A stretch of 64,000 bases of DNA from Thermodesulfobacteriota bacterium (lineage in GTDB: Bacteria > Desulfobacterota_D > UBA1144 > Nemesobacterales > UBA2774): contig OZ244991.1 of the NCBI GenBank assembly GCA_965223335.1, forward strand, positions 416,001-480,000. Reading direction: 5' to 3'. The translations under genes were made by a program, and so were the position numbers. Each line of letters starts with the position of its first letter. The stretch's first letter is position 1. The notes beneath the pieces are model-generated. The model saw only the letters and a list, made by a program, of their open reading frames with translations. It was not told where the DNA came from and searched no databases. Positions 52,888-63,076 of this stretch are shown piece by piece.

Positions 52888-53703
52888 ATGGACCTCGGCA
52901 CATTCGTCCCCATAATCTACCTCGCTTCATCCATCCTGTTCGGCGTACTCCTATTCTCGAAAAACAACAAATTACCTAGGCTCGGCCTGTACTGCCTGTA
53001 CATCGGAGCACTGGTACAGACTATAAGTCTCGGGCTCCTGTTTAAAGAAGGGAAACCGATTGCCACCAGCCTGGCCAGTACACTTTATTTATATAGCTGG
53101 TTGATAGTGCTAGTGTTTTTGCTCTCGCAATTTAGATACAGAGCCTTTTTTTTGGGGCTTTTCGTAGCACCTCTGGCACTTATCATGACACTACCAAGCC
53201 TCATAATACCCGAGGCTATGGTAGAGGGAGACCCGTCGTTGGGGCATCCGTGGATACGATCGACCCATATTATTTTGATATTTTTGGGCCAGGCACTTTT
53301 TACCGTCGCCTTTATCGCGGGGGTAATATATTTGTTTCAAGAAAAAAGTATTAAGGCCAAACACATGGGGAGCTTCCTAAAAAAACTCCCCTCGCTCACC
53401 ACGCTGGACAACATCAACCACATCTGTCTCATCATTGGGTTCCCTCTGCTCACGGTGGGGCTAGCACTCGGGTTTCTATATGCGAATGAGATCTGGGCAG
53501 ACCAGTGGAAATGGGGCCAGCGCGAGACCTGGTCGCTTGTAACCTGGTTTCTCTACACCGTGTTAATTCACGGGCGACTTACTTCAAGGTGGCGGGGAAG
53601 AAAGGCGGCCATAGGGGCCATTCTGGGTTTCATAATTATTCTATTTACTTTCCTTATCAGCTATATTGCCCCGGTTGTGCTCGAGTCTATGAGATCGGTT
53701 TAG
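52888..53703 (+). CDS. ccsA: Cytochrome c assembly protein (CcsA/HemX family)
   Basis: Multi-TM, conserved His residues, WKWGQRETWS (WWD-like), WRGRKAA. Confidence 0.8.
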   Translation: MDLGTFVPIIYLASSILFGVLLFSKNNKLPRLGLYCLYIGALVQTISLGLLFKEGKPIATSLASTLYLYSWLIVLVFLLSQFRYRAFFLGLFVAPLALIMTLPSLIIPEAMVEGDPSLGHPWIRSTHIILIFLGQALFTVAFIAGVIYLFQEKSIKAKHMGSFLKKLPSLTTLDNINHICLIIGFPLLTVGLALGFLYANEIWADQWKWGQRETWSLVTWFLYTVLIHGRLTSRWRGRKAAIGAILGFIIILFTFLISYIAPVVLESMRSV

Positions 53704-53715
53704 AGGGAGCCACAA

Positions 53716-54864
53716 TTAGTCCAGCTTTTTAATCTTTAGCGCCCTGCCCCTGTTAATAGTTATCAAAGAGTATTTAGGTGTTACTGCCACACTGCCGTTT
53801 TTCTCCTGCTTTACATCATAGTACTTACTGTTTAGGCGTCGTAGTTTACTCAACAATCCTCTTGGTGTGGTATCCGCATCGAGTAGACCAAGCATAAGTT
53901 TTACGGCACCAAAGACCTGGAACTCTAGCACCTCAGGCTCCTCTTCGAATTTAGACTTGTATGCCCTTTCGAATGCCGACCACTCATCGTCCCCGTACAC
54001 AAAGTAATCAGTGAAGAGCACCCTATATATCACACCATCGATCTCATTCGCAACAAGGTTAAGAAACGAGGGGCTGTTCCAGTTGCTAAGCCCTATAAAG
54101 AGTATGTCGCCAAAGCTCCTGTCCTGTTTTATGCGCAGTATAATGTCCGCAGCGTTGGCACCGCTGTCGGGTATAAAAAGCGCTTTAGGGTGTACCGACC
54201 TTACCCACTCTACTTCTGAGGAGATATCCCTGGTCACCTGATTGTATGACCCGATATACGTAACCTCGCCGCCCCGTCTCTTTACCTCACTCACAAACAG
54301 GTCCTTAAGCCTCTCACCGTATTTGGTCTCGGGATAGAGCACACCGTATGTTTTTGTCTCAGTATACTCCGCTGCAAACTTTACAAGTGCGCGGGTTTGG
54401 GCCTCGAGCGAGTAAAAGAATTTTATAATATACGGTCCACCCAAGCTCGATGCCTCAGAGACCGGGAACGTTACTGTCGGCACTCCCAACTCATAAGCTG
54501 CTCTATACACATGTTTACTGTACAAAGACGGTAACGGGCCAACGACAAAGGACAGCGGAGCGTGTGATGCTAAAGCTCGAAACTTACCCTCTATGCCCGC
54601 TGTCTCCTCACCAATATCCTCTATCCCTACCTCATACCCTATATCGGGACTCGAGGTCTCGGTAGCCACAGCAACCCCCCTAAGAGCCTTATTGCCCAAC
54701 ACCCCGTACTCTCCTGTAACCGGCAGCAGGCAGCCAAATGTTTTAATGACTATCGGAACCTGGGCTTCGTCCTCGGACTCAAGATCAACAGCAGGTTCGG
54801 TCTCGGCACCTGCACCCACAGTAAAGATCAATGTAATAAAAAAACTCAGCAGATATCTCTTCAT
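53716..54864 (-). CDS. Periplasmic binding protein type I (LppC/LpoA C-terminal-like)
   Basis: Signal peptide, GCLLPVTG..G, VVGPL, LYPETKYG, LFIPD. Confidence 0.75.
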   Translation of the reverse strand: MKRYLLSFFITLIFTVGAGAETEPAVDLESEDEAQVPIVIKTFGCLLPVTGEYGVLGNKALRGVAVATETSSPDIGYEVGIEDIGEETAGIEGKFRALASHAPLSFVVGPLPSLYSKHVYRAAYELGVPTVTFPVSEASSLGGPYIIKFFYSLEAQTRALVKFAAEYTETKTYGVLYPETKYGERLKDLFVSEVKRRGGEVTYIGSYNQVTRDISSEVEWVRSVHPKALFIPDSGANAADIILRIKQDRSFGDILFIGLSNWNSPSFLNLVANEIDGVIYRVLFTDYFVYGDDEWSAFERAYKSKFEEEPEVLEFQVFGAVKLMLGLLDADTTPRGLLSKLRRLNSKYYDVKQEKNGSVAVTPKYSLITINRGRALKIKKLD

Positions 54865-55265
54865 CCCGATCGACTCTCCCACTACTCTATGATTATATAC
54901 CAAGTCCGTTAGATTAATATGACGTTTAGAATTGCAACCCAGAAATCTGTATAGCAACTGCGCCATGATGAGTACGCAGATGCACTATAGAATTGTCGGT
55001 GGTCTTGCAACCGACTAGTATGACTATTATAATTTATTTGCATTTGCTAATAGCACTTTATTGACAATTAGGTGATTACGGCTAATATACATTTCGTTGG
55101 CAATCAAACGGGCCACATCCGGATTTATGGGGATTAGCTTTATACCCGTTTATAAAGTTGATATGCATGGAGGGCCGGCTCGCTCGCAATGCTAGATTTA
55201 TGGTAAGATGCGATGTGCTTACAAAGGCCTTTTTATAAATTATAATTATATGTTGCGAGGTTATT

Positions 55266-55613
55266 TTGTCGGAAAAAAAAGCATACGACGAATCCTATTA
55301 TTTCAGCTACTTCAAGAAACTGTTTGAATCCTGGGAGGAGTCTACCCACAAAGCCATGGACATATGGCTAAAGAGCCCGTTTATGGACCGTGCTTTCGAT
55401 AAATCTACGGAATTTAAGCAGTATGTTCAGAAGTTCATGGAAAACTCACTCGAGTCCCGGGCCACGCCCGATACCCAAAGCATAGAAAAACTAATTGAAT
55501 CAATAAACCAGATCGAACAAAAGGTTTCAAGAATAGAAAAGAAAGTAGACGAACTTGGGACCAAGCAACAACGAACTACATCTAAACGTCGGACCACAAA
55601 AACTAAAAAATAA
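55266..55613 (+). CDS. Small PhaE/PhaR-like PHA synthase accessory protein 1
   Basis: YFKKLFESWEE..MDIWLKSP.M resembles the next ORF; C-terminal coiled coil and basic tail; first gene of the phaC operon. Confidence 0.6.
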   Translation: MSEKKAYDESYYFSYFKKLFESWEESTHKAMDIWLKSPFMDRAFDKSTEFKQYVQKFMENSLESRATPDTQSIEKLIESINQIEQKVSRIEKKVDELGTKQQRTTSKRRTTKTKK

Positions 55614-55627
55614 CTTTGGAGTGTTTA

Positions 55628-56068
55628 ATGAGTGCAAATAAATCCGATCACGCAGATCCTTATAAAAACTTCTACGACATATGGCAGAAAACCATGTCGG
55701 AAGCCATCGAAATGCTTAGCAAAAACCCCATGCTAGATAAAGACAAGGCCCCGAGCGCTGCGAATATAGATCCCCAAGAGTATTACAAAAAGTTTTATGA
55801 AACTTGGGAAAAATCCTCGTCCGAGATGCTGGAGTCATGGGTTAATAGCCCGCTTTTTGCATCCAGCATGGGAAAAGCCCTTGAGCAGTCATCCGATTTC
55901 AAAAAGTATTTTGATGAGATGATCGATAAAACACTCTCTAACCTCAGAATGCCTTCGAAAAACGATATCGATAACGTGCTTAGATCCATACACACTCTGG
56001 AGGCAAAGATTAACGACCTCTCGGATAAGGTCGATGATTTAAGCAAGCCCGCGAGAAAGAAAAAATAG
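55628..56068 (+). CDS. phaE: Small PHA synthase subunit (PhaE/PhaR-like)
   Basis: FYDIWQK, SPLFASSMG, LRMPSKNDID..IHTLEAKI; directly upstream of phaC. Confidence 0.72.
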   Translation: MSANKSDHADPYKNFYDIWQKTMSEAIEMLSKNPMLDKDKAPSAANIDPQEYYKKFYETWEKSSSEMLESWVNSPLFASSMGKALEQSSDFKKYFDEMIDKTLSNLRMPSKNDIDNVLRSIHTLEAKINDLSDKVDDLSKPARKKK

Positions 56069-56149
56069 CATAGCCGCGGCAACGATCACTTCAGATTTCA
56101 TGTGATCCGAATTTATGCTTTTAATCTAGCAAGGAGGTATGCCCTCACC

Positions 56150-57217
56150 ATGGCATCCAACCCAATAAACACACTCATAGAACAAGCGGAAAAAAACTTC
56201 CAGAACTACTCCAAGGCACTTGACCTTGCGGTGCTCAATCCCCCCGATGTCGAGGTCGGTGCCACACCGCACGAGGTAGTGTATACAGAGAATAAATTAA
56301 GGCTGCTTCACTACTATCCCAAGACTAAAAAAACTCACCCTACCCCACTAATAATGATATTTGCGCTTATCAACAGGCCCTACATACTCGATCTCAAACC
56401 GGGGCGCAGTGTGGTCGAGGTACTCCTTGAGAACGGATTCGATATTTACATGATAGACTGGGGCTCGCCGGGAAGTGAGGATAAACACCTCGATTTCAAC
56501 CACTATATAAACAGATACATCAATAAGATCGTGGAAAAGGTTAAATCCCGCTCGGGCACCGACACGGTTAATCTGCTGGGTTACTGCATGGGTGGGACCA
56601 TGTCCGCCATCTACACAGCCCTTTACCCCGAGAACGTAAAAAATCTAATACTAATGACTGCGGGCATAGACTTTGATGTTGAGGGCACTTTAAATCTTTG
56701 GGGAGACAAAACGAACTTCAATGTCGATAAATTCGTAGACGCGTTCGGCAATGCCCCGGGAGAGTTCCTACAATCCGGATTTTTGTTTATGAAACCCGTC
56801 CAAAACATGATCTCAAAATACATGAACTTTTACGAGAACGTGGAAAACGAGCCGTTCGTTGAGAACTTTGTCGCAATGGAAAAGTGGTTAAACGACAATA
56901 TCCCCGTTGCAGGTGAGGTATTTAGGGAATTTGTAAAAAATCTCTACCAGGAAAACCAATTAGCCGAAGGTAAATTCAGCATAGCAGGTAAAAAGGTCGA
57001 TCTAAAAAACATAACATGCCCCGTGTTAAATCTGGTTGCGGAACACGACCACCTGATCCCACCGGCATCGAGCACCGGGTTTAACGACCTTACCGGGAGC
57101 AAGGACAAAAAAACCATAGTGTTCCCCACGGGTCACATAGGAATGTCGGTAAGCAGTAAATCTTTAAAGGGGCTATGGCCTGACGTTGCTACGTGGCTTG
57201 CTAAAAGGTCAGTATAG
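56150..57217 (+). CDS. phaC: Class III/IV-type PHA synthase catalytic subunit
   Basis: 355 aa; ALINRPYILDL, GYCMGG lipase box, EHD Asp, TGHIG His. Confidence 0.95.
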   Translation: MASNPINTLIEQAEKNFQNYSKALDLAVLNPPDVEVGATPHEVVYTENKLRLLHYYPKTKKTHPTPLIMIFALINRPYILDLKPGRSVVEVLLENGFDIYMIDWGSPGSEDKHLDFNHYINRYINKIVEKVKSRSGTDTVNLLGYCMGGTMSAIYTALYPENVKNLILMTAGIDFDVEGTLNLWGDKTNFNVDKFVDAFGNAPGEFLQSGFLFMKPVQNMISKYMNFYENVENEPFVENFVAMEKWLNDNIPVAGEVFREFVKNLYQENQLAEGKFSIAGKKVDLKNITCPVLNLVAEHDHLIPPASSTGFNDLTGSKDKKTIVFPTGHIGMSVSSKSLKGLWPDVATWLAKRSV

Positions 57218-57295
57218 TAGATCCAAACACCCTAACAGCTAATATACCGCTTTGTGTCTGGGAGTGTTACAAACCTTGGCACTATCCACTACAAC

Positions 57296-58054
57296 TTAAA
57301 TATATTGTCCGCCGTTTAGTCTAAGTGTTACACCCGTCATCCAGCTTGAAGCCGGGGAGGATAGATACACAGCAGCCAGTGCGATCTCTTCGGGCGTTCC
57401 AAAGCGGCTGAGTGCAATCTCTTTTACGATAGTTTCTCTTATATCCTCGGGCACGGTCTTTAACATATCGGTCTCTACAAATCCGGGGGCAATAGCATTA
57501 ACTCTGATATTATTGCGCGCAAGCTCTCTGGCCATAGTTTTTGTAAATCCGATAATTCCTGCCTTGGTAGAAGCATAGTTACACTGCCCCATATTACCCA
57601 TCTCACCTATAATCGACGACACGGATATAATCACACCACCTCCGGCAGCCATCATCGGTTCTATCACAGCCTTGGTGCAGTTAAAAACGCTCGACAGATT
57701 GGTCTGCAACACCTCATTCCACTGCTCGAAGGTCATTCTTCTAAGAGTGCGGTCACGGTTGATCCCGGCATTATTAATGAGTATATCCACTTTACCAAAG
57801 TGGTTTATTGCGGCTGCGCCCAGGTTTTGCGCCTGTTGATAATTACCCACATTGGCACGAACAGTAATGCATTTCCTCCCAAGCTTCTCTATCTCTTTTT
57901 TAACCTTATCCGCCTCTTTGTCACTACGCGAGTAGTTAAGTACGATATCCGCCCCCGCTTCAGCCATAGCCAATGCGATGGCCTTCCCAATGCCGCGCGA
58001 CCCCCCTGTTACGATCGCTACTTTGTCTTTCAAATCGTATAATTGCTCTAACAT
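57296..58054 (-). CDS. phaB: Acetoacetyl-CoA/3-oxoacyl reductase
   Basis: TGGSRGIG, NNAGINRD, GQCNYASTK, NGGQY tail; adjacent to phaC. Confidence 0.78.
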   Translation of the reverse strand: MLEQLYDLKDKVAIVTGGSRGIGKAIALAMAEAGADIVLNYSRSDKEADKVKKEIEKLGRKCITVRANVGNYQQAQNLGAAAINHFGKVDILINNAGINRDRTLRRMTFEQWNEVLQTNLSSVFNCTKAVIEPMMAAGGGVIISVSSIIGEMGNMGQCNYASTKAGIIGFTKTMARELARNNIRVNAIAPGFVETDMLKTVPEDIRETIVKEIALSRFGTPEEIALAAVYLSSPASSWMTGVTLRLNGGQYI

Positions 58055-58238
58055 ACTTCCTCTCCCATTTTTTAGTTTAGATTCCCCCAACCGGTTGCTA
58101 TAGTTAACTTCGAGCCCTGGTTTTGTCAAATTTTTTAATAGTGTTAACAAGCAATGGGTTATTTCGAAACTCTGTCACAAGAAAACTAAGGGACTAAAAT
58201 AGCACGGAGTTTTTAATTTTAGTTGCCGGGCCACTTGC

Positions 58239-59018
58239 TTATTTGCCTTTAAACGAAGGGTCGCGCTTTTCTAAAAATGCACTCATGCCCTCTGCCCTAT
58301 CCTCCGAGTCAAAGCAGATAGATGCATACGACCTATCCATTGAAAGCGCTTTCTCTAGCTCCATCCCAGCACCTGCGTTTATCACGGTTTTCGCAATGCC
58401 GACTGCTACAGGGCCCCTTGCGGCAATAGTGTTGGCCAATTCCATGGTACTAGACATAAGCTCGTCGTGGGGCACTACCTTTTCCACCAACCCGATCCGA
58501 TGAGCATCCTCGGCTTTGATCATCTCCCCCGTGAATATAAGCTCCTTGGCCTTCCCAGGCCCTAGTATCCTGGTTGCCCTCTGTGTGCCTCCCCACGCGG
58601 GGAATAACCCCAATTTGACCTCGGGGAATCCCATCATAGCTTTCTCCGATGCAACCCTTATATCACAGGCCAGAGAGAACTCACATCCCCCTCCCAGCGC
58701 ATAGCCGTTCACCGCAGCAATGACCGGGCAAGGTCCGTTCTCAATCGCACTAAACACCTCATGAGCAAACTCCACATATTCGTTGAACTGCTCTTTATCC
58801 ATCTGGTTCATCTGTGCAATATCCGCACCGGCCACAAACGCCTTACCCGCACCCGTTATAATTAGCCCCCTGAGCTCACCCTTTTGGAACTCGTCTGACA
58901 ACAAGCTGCTAATCTCGCGGAGCGTCTCAAAATTAAGCGCATTTAGCGCCTTTGGCCTGTTAACCGTAAGCACCCCTATGTTGCCTTCCACACTATATTC
59001 TATGTTTTCATATCCCAT
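58239..59018 (-). CDS. crt: Enoyl-CoA hydratase (crotonase)
   Basis: AFVAGADI, ALGGGCE, PEVKLG, GGTQR. Confidence 0.88.
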   Translation of the reverse strand: MGYENIEYSVEGNIGVLTVNRPKALNALNFETLREISSLLSDEFQKGELRGLIITGAGKAFVAGADIAQMNQMDKEQFNEYVEFAHEVFSAIENGPCPVIAAVNGYALGGGCEFSLACDIRVASEKAMMGFPEVKLGLFPAWGGTQRATRILGPGKAKELIFTGEMIKAEDAHRIGLVEKVVPHDELMSSTMELANTIAARGPVAVGIAKTVINAGAGMELEKALSMDRSYASICFDSEDRAEGMSAFLEKRDPSFKGK

Positions 59019-59234
59019 GGCGGATACCTCGTGAATAAATGGATTTAATGCGATGGATATATATACAACGGATACTAATATTGTCAAAGAATTAAGATGC
59101 TACGAAATTAATGACATCAGGCAGTATATATAGTGTGTCAGGATTGCTTAACGAAGTTCGTGGTGTAAACGGAAAAACCAGGTAGAGTATCAAGCTAAAC
59201 ATATTTGGCTGATAATATCAGTTAGGAGGCATGT

Positions 59235-59681
59235 ATGACTAATTTTGTGTTAAGCATAGTGACCATGGCAGCACCTTTATTCTTTGTGTTTGTGTTCGCA
59301 GCATCCGCAGACACTACCTCAGGGGATGAAAAGGAAAAAGCCATAGAGACCGGATCGGGGCTTAAGTATGTGGTAATTGAGGAAGGCGAGGGTCCGAAAC
59401 CCCAGACAGGCAAGAAAGTAAAAGTTCATTATTCCGGCAAATTAGAGGATGGCACAGAGTTCGACAGCTCGTACAAGAGGGGCGAGCCGATAGAGTTCGT
59501 TCTGGGTATCGGGCAGGTAATAAAAGGCTGGGACGAGGGAATCGCACTAATGAGCAAGGGAGGCAAGCAGACTCTTATCATTCCACCCGAACTCGGCTAC
59601 GGTCCCAACGGGTACCCGCCGGTGATCCCACCCAATTCTACTCTGATCTTCGATGTAGAGCTGGTTGACTTCGAGCAGTAG
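59235..59681 (+). CDS. FKBP-type peptidyl-prolyl isomerase with signal peptide
   Basis: [30 protein letters not shown]. Confidence 0.95.
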   Translation: MTNFVLSIVTMAAPLFFVFVFAASADTTSGDEKEKAIETGSGLKYVVIEEGEGPKPQTGKKVKVHYSGKLEDGTEFDSSYKRGEPIEFVLGIGQVIKGWDEGIALMSKGGKQTLIIPPELGYGPNGYPPVIPPNSTLIFDVELVDFEQ

Positions 59682-59745
59682 ACATCATTTGAGCAATTTA
59701 TTACAAGTACAGTGCTGAAACCGTTTTAGCAAAAGACCAAAGACT

Positions 59746-60363
59746 ATGAATTTTCTAGCACATCTATACTTAGCCGAGGATACAGACGAATCTATCCTCG
59801 GCAATCTGCTAGGGGATTTTGTCAAAGGCTCACCAAGCGGGCTCTACAGCGATGAGATCGTAAAGGGTATTATGACCCACCGCAATGTAGATAAGTTCAC
59901 CGACAGCCACGCTATCACAAAGGAATCCAAACTCTTGTTCAGCCTCCCGAGGCGTCGCTATGCAGGCATAATAATCGATGTCACAAACGACCACTATCTT
60001 TCTAAACACTGGAGTCAATTCAGCGACAAAGACCTGGACAATTTCATCCATGACGTTTACCGCACTCTCGAGCGTCATCAACAAATCCTGCCACCCAGTC
60101 TAGCGCGAATTATACCCTTTATGATAGAGGACGACTGGCTCGGTTCATACAGCAAGCTCGGTGGGGTATCAAATGCGCTGGGCGGCATTTCCAGACGATT
60201 CGCAAGAAAGTTTAATAGAGATATTGAACTCGCTGGCGCAATTGAGGAGGTAGAAGCCAATTATCTAGAGCTTGAAGAGGCCTTTTTAAACTTTTTCCCC
60301 GAGCTTATCGATTTTACAAAACAGTATAGAAAATCGTATGATCATAACCCTCACACATCTTAG
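59746..60363 (+). CDS. acpH: ACP phosphodiesterase
   Basis: MNFLAHLYL, GNLLGDFVKG, HRNVDKFTD, DHYL. Confidence 0.92.
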   Translation: MNFLAHLYLAEDTDESILGNLLGDFVKGSPSGLYSDEIVKGIMTHRNVDKFTDSHAITKESKLLFSLPRRRYAGIIIDVTNDHYLSKHWSQFSDKDLDNFIHDVYRTLERHQQILPPSLARIIPFMIEDDWLGSYSKLGGVSNALGGISRRFARKFNRDIELAGAIEEVEANYLELEEAFLNFFPELIDFTKQYRKSYDHNPHTS

Positions 60364-60500
60364 TCCATATGCGTTTTTACTTGTAGAATCCCGAAAAATT
60401 CACCGCTAGTATCGATTTCTAGTCAATTAAAAATTTTTGTTCCACAACACAAAAAAGGGATTATAATTTAGCTAAGAGAAGCATTGCATTGGAGAGGCAC

Positions 60501-60692
60501 ATGACTAATTCGTCAACAGACGAAAACCAACTGAGATTTATTCTGAGAGAAACTCTCGTCGAGATCTCGGAGGGCAAGAACAATTTGTTCTACGATGTTG
60601 TGGCAGAGGTGCTCGAGGATGTTGCTATTGCAAGCCAGAAGTTTGAAGCCGGCATCAGTGAATACACAATCGTAGAAGACATACTAGAGTAA
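60501..60692 (+). CDS. Small acidic hypothetical protein (possibly antitoxin-like)
   Basis: GGAGAGG SD before ATG 60501; LFYDVVAEVLED pattern. Confidence 0.6.
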   Translation: MTNSSTDENQLRFILRETLVEISEGKNNLFYDVVAEVLEDVAIASQKFEAGISEYTIVEDILE

Positions 60693-60925
60693 AATATCTA
60701 GTAGAAAAGATAAACTCAGATGTCTGTTATATGCGCTACGGTTCTCATTCCGTTTAGACTTGTGCACAGAATCAGTGCAAGCACCCCAAATATATTGTAC
60801 CGTAATTAACATCTAAGCCTGAATTTATACAATTTCAAACTTATACTACGTAGCCTCGTACATGTTACATATATTTACGGGCATTGATTGCACATACATT
60901 CTCAGGGAGAATCATTATAAGTAAA

Positions 60926-61798
60926 ATGCCTAACAATCCAAAGAAACATTCCGCAACCCTGCTTATACATTGTCCCGACCGTAAGGGACTTGTGTCCACG
61001 GTTACCGAGTTCATATTCAAAAACGACGGCAATATCCTTTACCTAGACCAACATGTCGATACCGAACATGAAGCATTCTTTATGCGAGTAGAGTGGGACT
61101 TGGCCAACTTCGCCATCCCGGGTGATAAGATCGGTGAGTATTTTCAAACACTCATTGCAGATAAATACGATATGCAGTGGAACCTGTACTTTTCGGACGA
61201 AGTACTGCGTATGGCCATATTCGTATCTAAACTCCCCCACTGTTTAAACGACATCTTATCACGCGTCCAGTCAAAGGAGTGGAACGTCGAGGTCCCTGTA
61301 ATAATTAGCAACCACCCCGATCTTGAGCCGACCGCAAAAACATTCGGTATCGATTTCCACCTGACAGAAAACGTAAAAGAAAATAAGGAGCAGGCAGAAA
61401 AAAAACAGCTCGAGATACTTGAACACTACAATGTGGACATTATAGTGCTTGCAAGGTATATGCAGATCCTATCCCCTGAGTTCGTATCCAACTTCCCCAA
61501 CAAGATCATCAACATCCACCATTCATTTTTGCCTGCATTTCCCGGCGCCAGGCCCTATCACTCTGCATATGAGAGGGGTGTGAAAATCATAGGCGCCACC
61601 AGTCACTATGTGACGGCCGAGCTCGACGCAGGACCCATTATTGAACAAAACGTCGTGCGTGTAAGTCACCGTGACGACATAGAAGACCTAAAGCGCAAAG
61701 GACAGGACCTAGAGAAACTGGTACTGTCCCAAGCTGTGTGGTATCACATAAAGCGTAAGATCCTCGTATACGGCAACCGTACATTCATATTCGATTGA
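60926..61798 (+). CDS. purU: Formyltetrahydrofolate deformylase
   Basis: ACT domain CPDRKG, LARYMQIL, INIHHSFLP, GVKIIGATSH. Confidence 0.96.
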   Translation: MPNNPKKHSATLLIHCPDRKGLVSTVTEFIFKNDGNILYLDQHVDTEHEAFFMRVEWDLANFAIPGDKIGEYFQTLIADKYDMQWNLYFSDEVLRMAIFVSKLPHCLNDILSRVQSKEWNVEVPVIISNHPDLEPTAKTFGIDFHLTENVKENKEQAEKKQLEILEHYNVDIIVLARYMQILSPEFVSNFPNKIINIHHSFLPAFPGARPYHSAYERGVKIIGATSHYVTAELDAGPIIEQNVVRVSHRDDIEDLKRKGQDLEKLVLSQAVWYHIKRKILVYGNRTFIFD

Positions 61799-61920
61799 TT
61801 TGGGGCTCTTCTCTTAGCTTCTTACTCGCCGCGATTGTGCGGCTTCACTTAGAGGCGTATACTTGATCTTGTTATATAGAGCCCGCAAAATTTAATTAAA
61901 AGATTTATTGAGCACGGATA

Positions 61921-62499
61921 ATGAATAGAACACTGGCATTAATAATCTCGATATTACTGCTTAGCCCCCAAGCACTGGCAGAGATGTATAGGTGCACCGA
62001 TCAATCGGGGAACATTGTTTATTCCACAAGCCCCTGCCCCGAGTCCTCCGCACAGGAGCAGGTAGAAAGATCGGGTCGCGACAATCAAATCACAGTAAAC
62101 ACGGATCAGGCCCAAAAGTATGACTACGAGCAGAACCCTGCTAATTTCGAAGAAACTCAACCAAAAAAGCGATTCAGAAAGATAGACACCATTAGCAGGG
62201 GCAAACCCGTAGATATTAGGGAATACGTCGAGGACGGCAAGTACACGGCTTTTATGTTCTATGCTGACTGGTGCCCCTCGTGCATGCGTGTTAGACCCCA
62301 GGTGCAAAAATATACAAAAGCCGTAAACACCATGGCGCTACGCGAAATCAATATTCTCAACTGGGAATCACCCGTGGTTAAACAGTATGGGATACGCTCT
62401 ATACCTTATTTTTTCGTTTATGGTCCCGACGGCAACCTCATACAGCAAGGCAACCGGATCTCAAACGAGACCTATAAGAAGATTGCTTCAGGGAAATAA
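61921..62499 (+). CDS. Secreted DUF4124 plus thioredoxin-domain protein
   Basis: Signal peptide, MYRCTDQSGNIVYS..PCP, FYADWCPSC. Confidence 0.85.
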   Translation: MNRTLALIISILLLSPQALAEMYRCTDQSGNIVYSTSPCPESSAQEQVERSGRDNQITVNTDQAQKYDYEQNPANFEETQPKKRFRKIDTISRGKPVDIREYVEDGKYTAFMFYADWCPSCMRVRPQVQKYTKAVNTMALREINILNWESPVVKQYGIRSIPYFFVYGPDGNLIQQGNRISNETYKKIASGK

Positions 62500-62547
62500 T
62501 CCCAGGGCGCTTTAGCCACCCTTAAGTCCCGCACCAACTTTGTCCGC

Positions 62548-63006
62548 TTATTTATACTCGGCGATCTCGAGCAAAACCCCGTCTGGGTCGTGGAAGTAAC
62601 AGAGCGTCTTGCGCCCGGCATCATGCTTTATGACTGAGCTCGGCACAGCTATGGGGTCACTCACCAGAGGCACACCCGCCTTTTTAAGCCTAGCAGTCAT
62701 ACCCTCTATATCGTCCACTTGGAACGCTATGTGTCTTAGGCCAGGTGTATTTGCCAGAGAGTTTGGTTCCAAGGGTTCCCCTTTAGGAGTCTTATAGGAA
62801 AGCAGCTCTATCCTGGGCTCACCATTAGGTGCTACCACAAAAACAACATCTGCCACAACCCCCTCGATACCCACAATGGACTCTATCCATTCCCCTTCAA
62901 GGTGCGCGCTGTTTATTTTCTCGAGCCCTAAGGTCTCGGTGTAGAACTTCACCGACCTTTCCAAGTCGGTCACTACTATGTTTATATGGTCGACGGCATG
63001 GAGCAT
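62548..63006 (-). CDS. VOC/glyoxalase family protein
   Basis: DHINIVV, IELL, HIAF, DPDG..LE. Confidence 0.92.
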   Translation of the reverse strand: MLHAVDHINIVVTDLERSVKFYTETLGLEKINSAHLEGEWIESIVGIEGVVADVVFVVAPNGEPRIELLSYKTPKGEPLEPNSLANTPGLRHIAFQVDDIEGMTARLKKAGVPLVSDPIAVPSSVIKHDAGRKTLCYFHDPDGVLLEIAEYK

Positions 63007-63076
63007 AGTTTATTCAGTTAACTGCAAAGGGATTCTAAATACTAATTCTATACCCACCCGTTAACCAACAGTGCTG

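Noticed and set aside
52888..53703. CcsA WWD variant and absence of adjacent hemA/prmC
   Set aside because: Within the expected variation of this family; not enough evidence for novelty
60876..60892. Possible sigma54 promoter before purU (GGGCATTGATTGC)
   Set aside because: GG-GC spacing is 9, not the required 10
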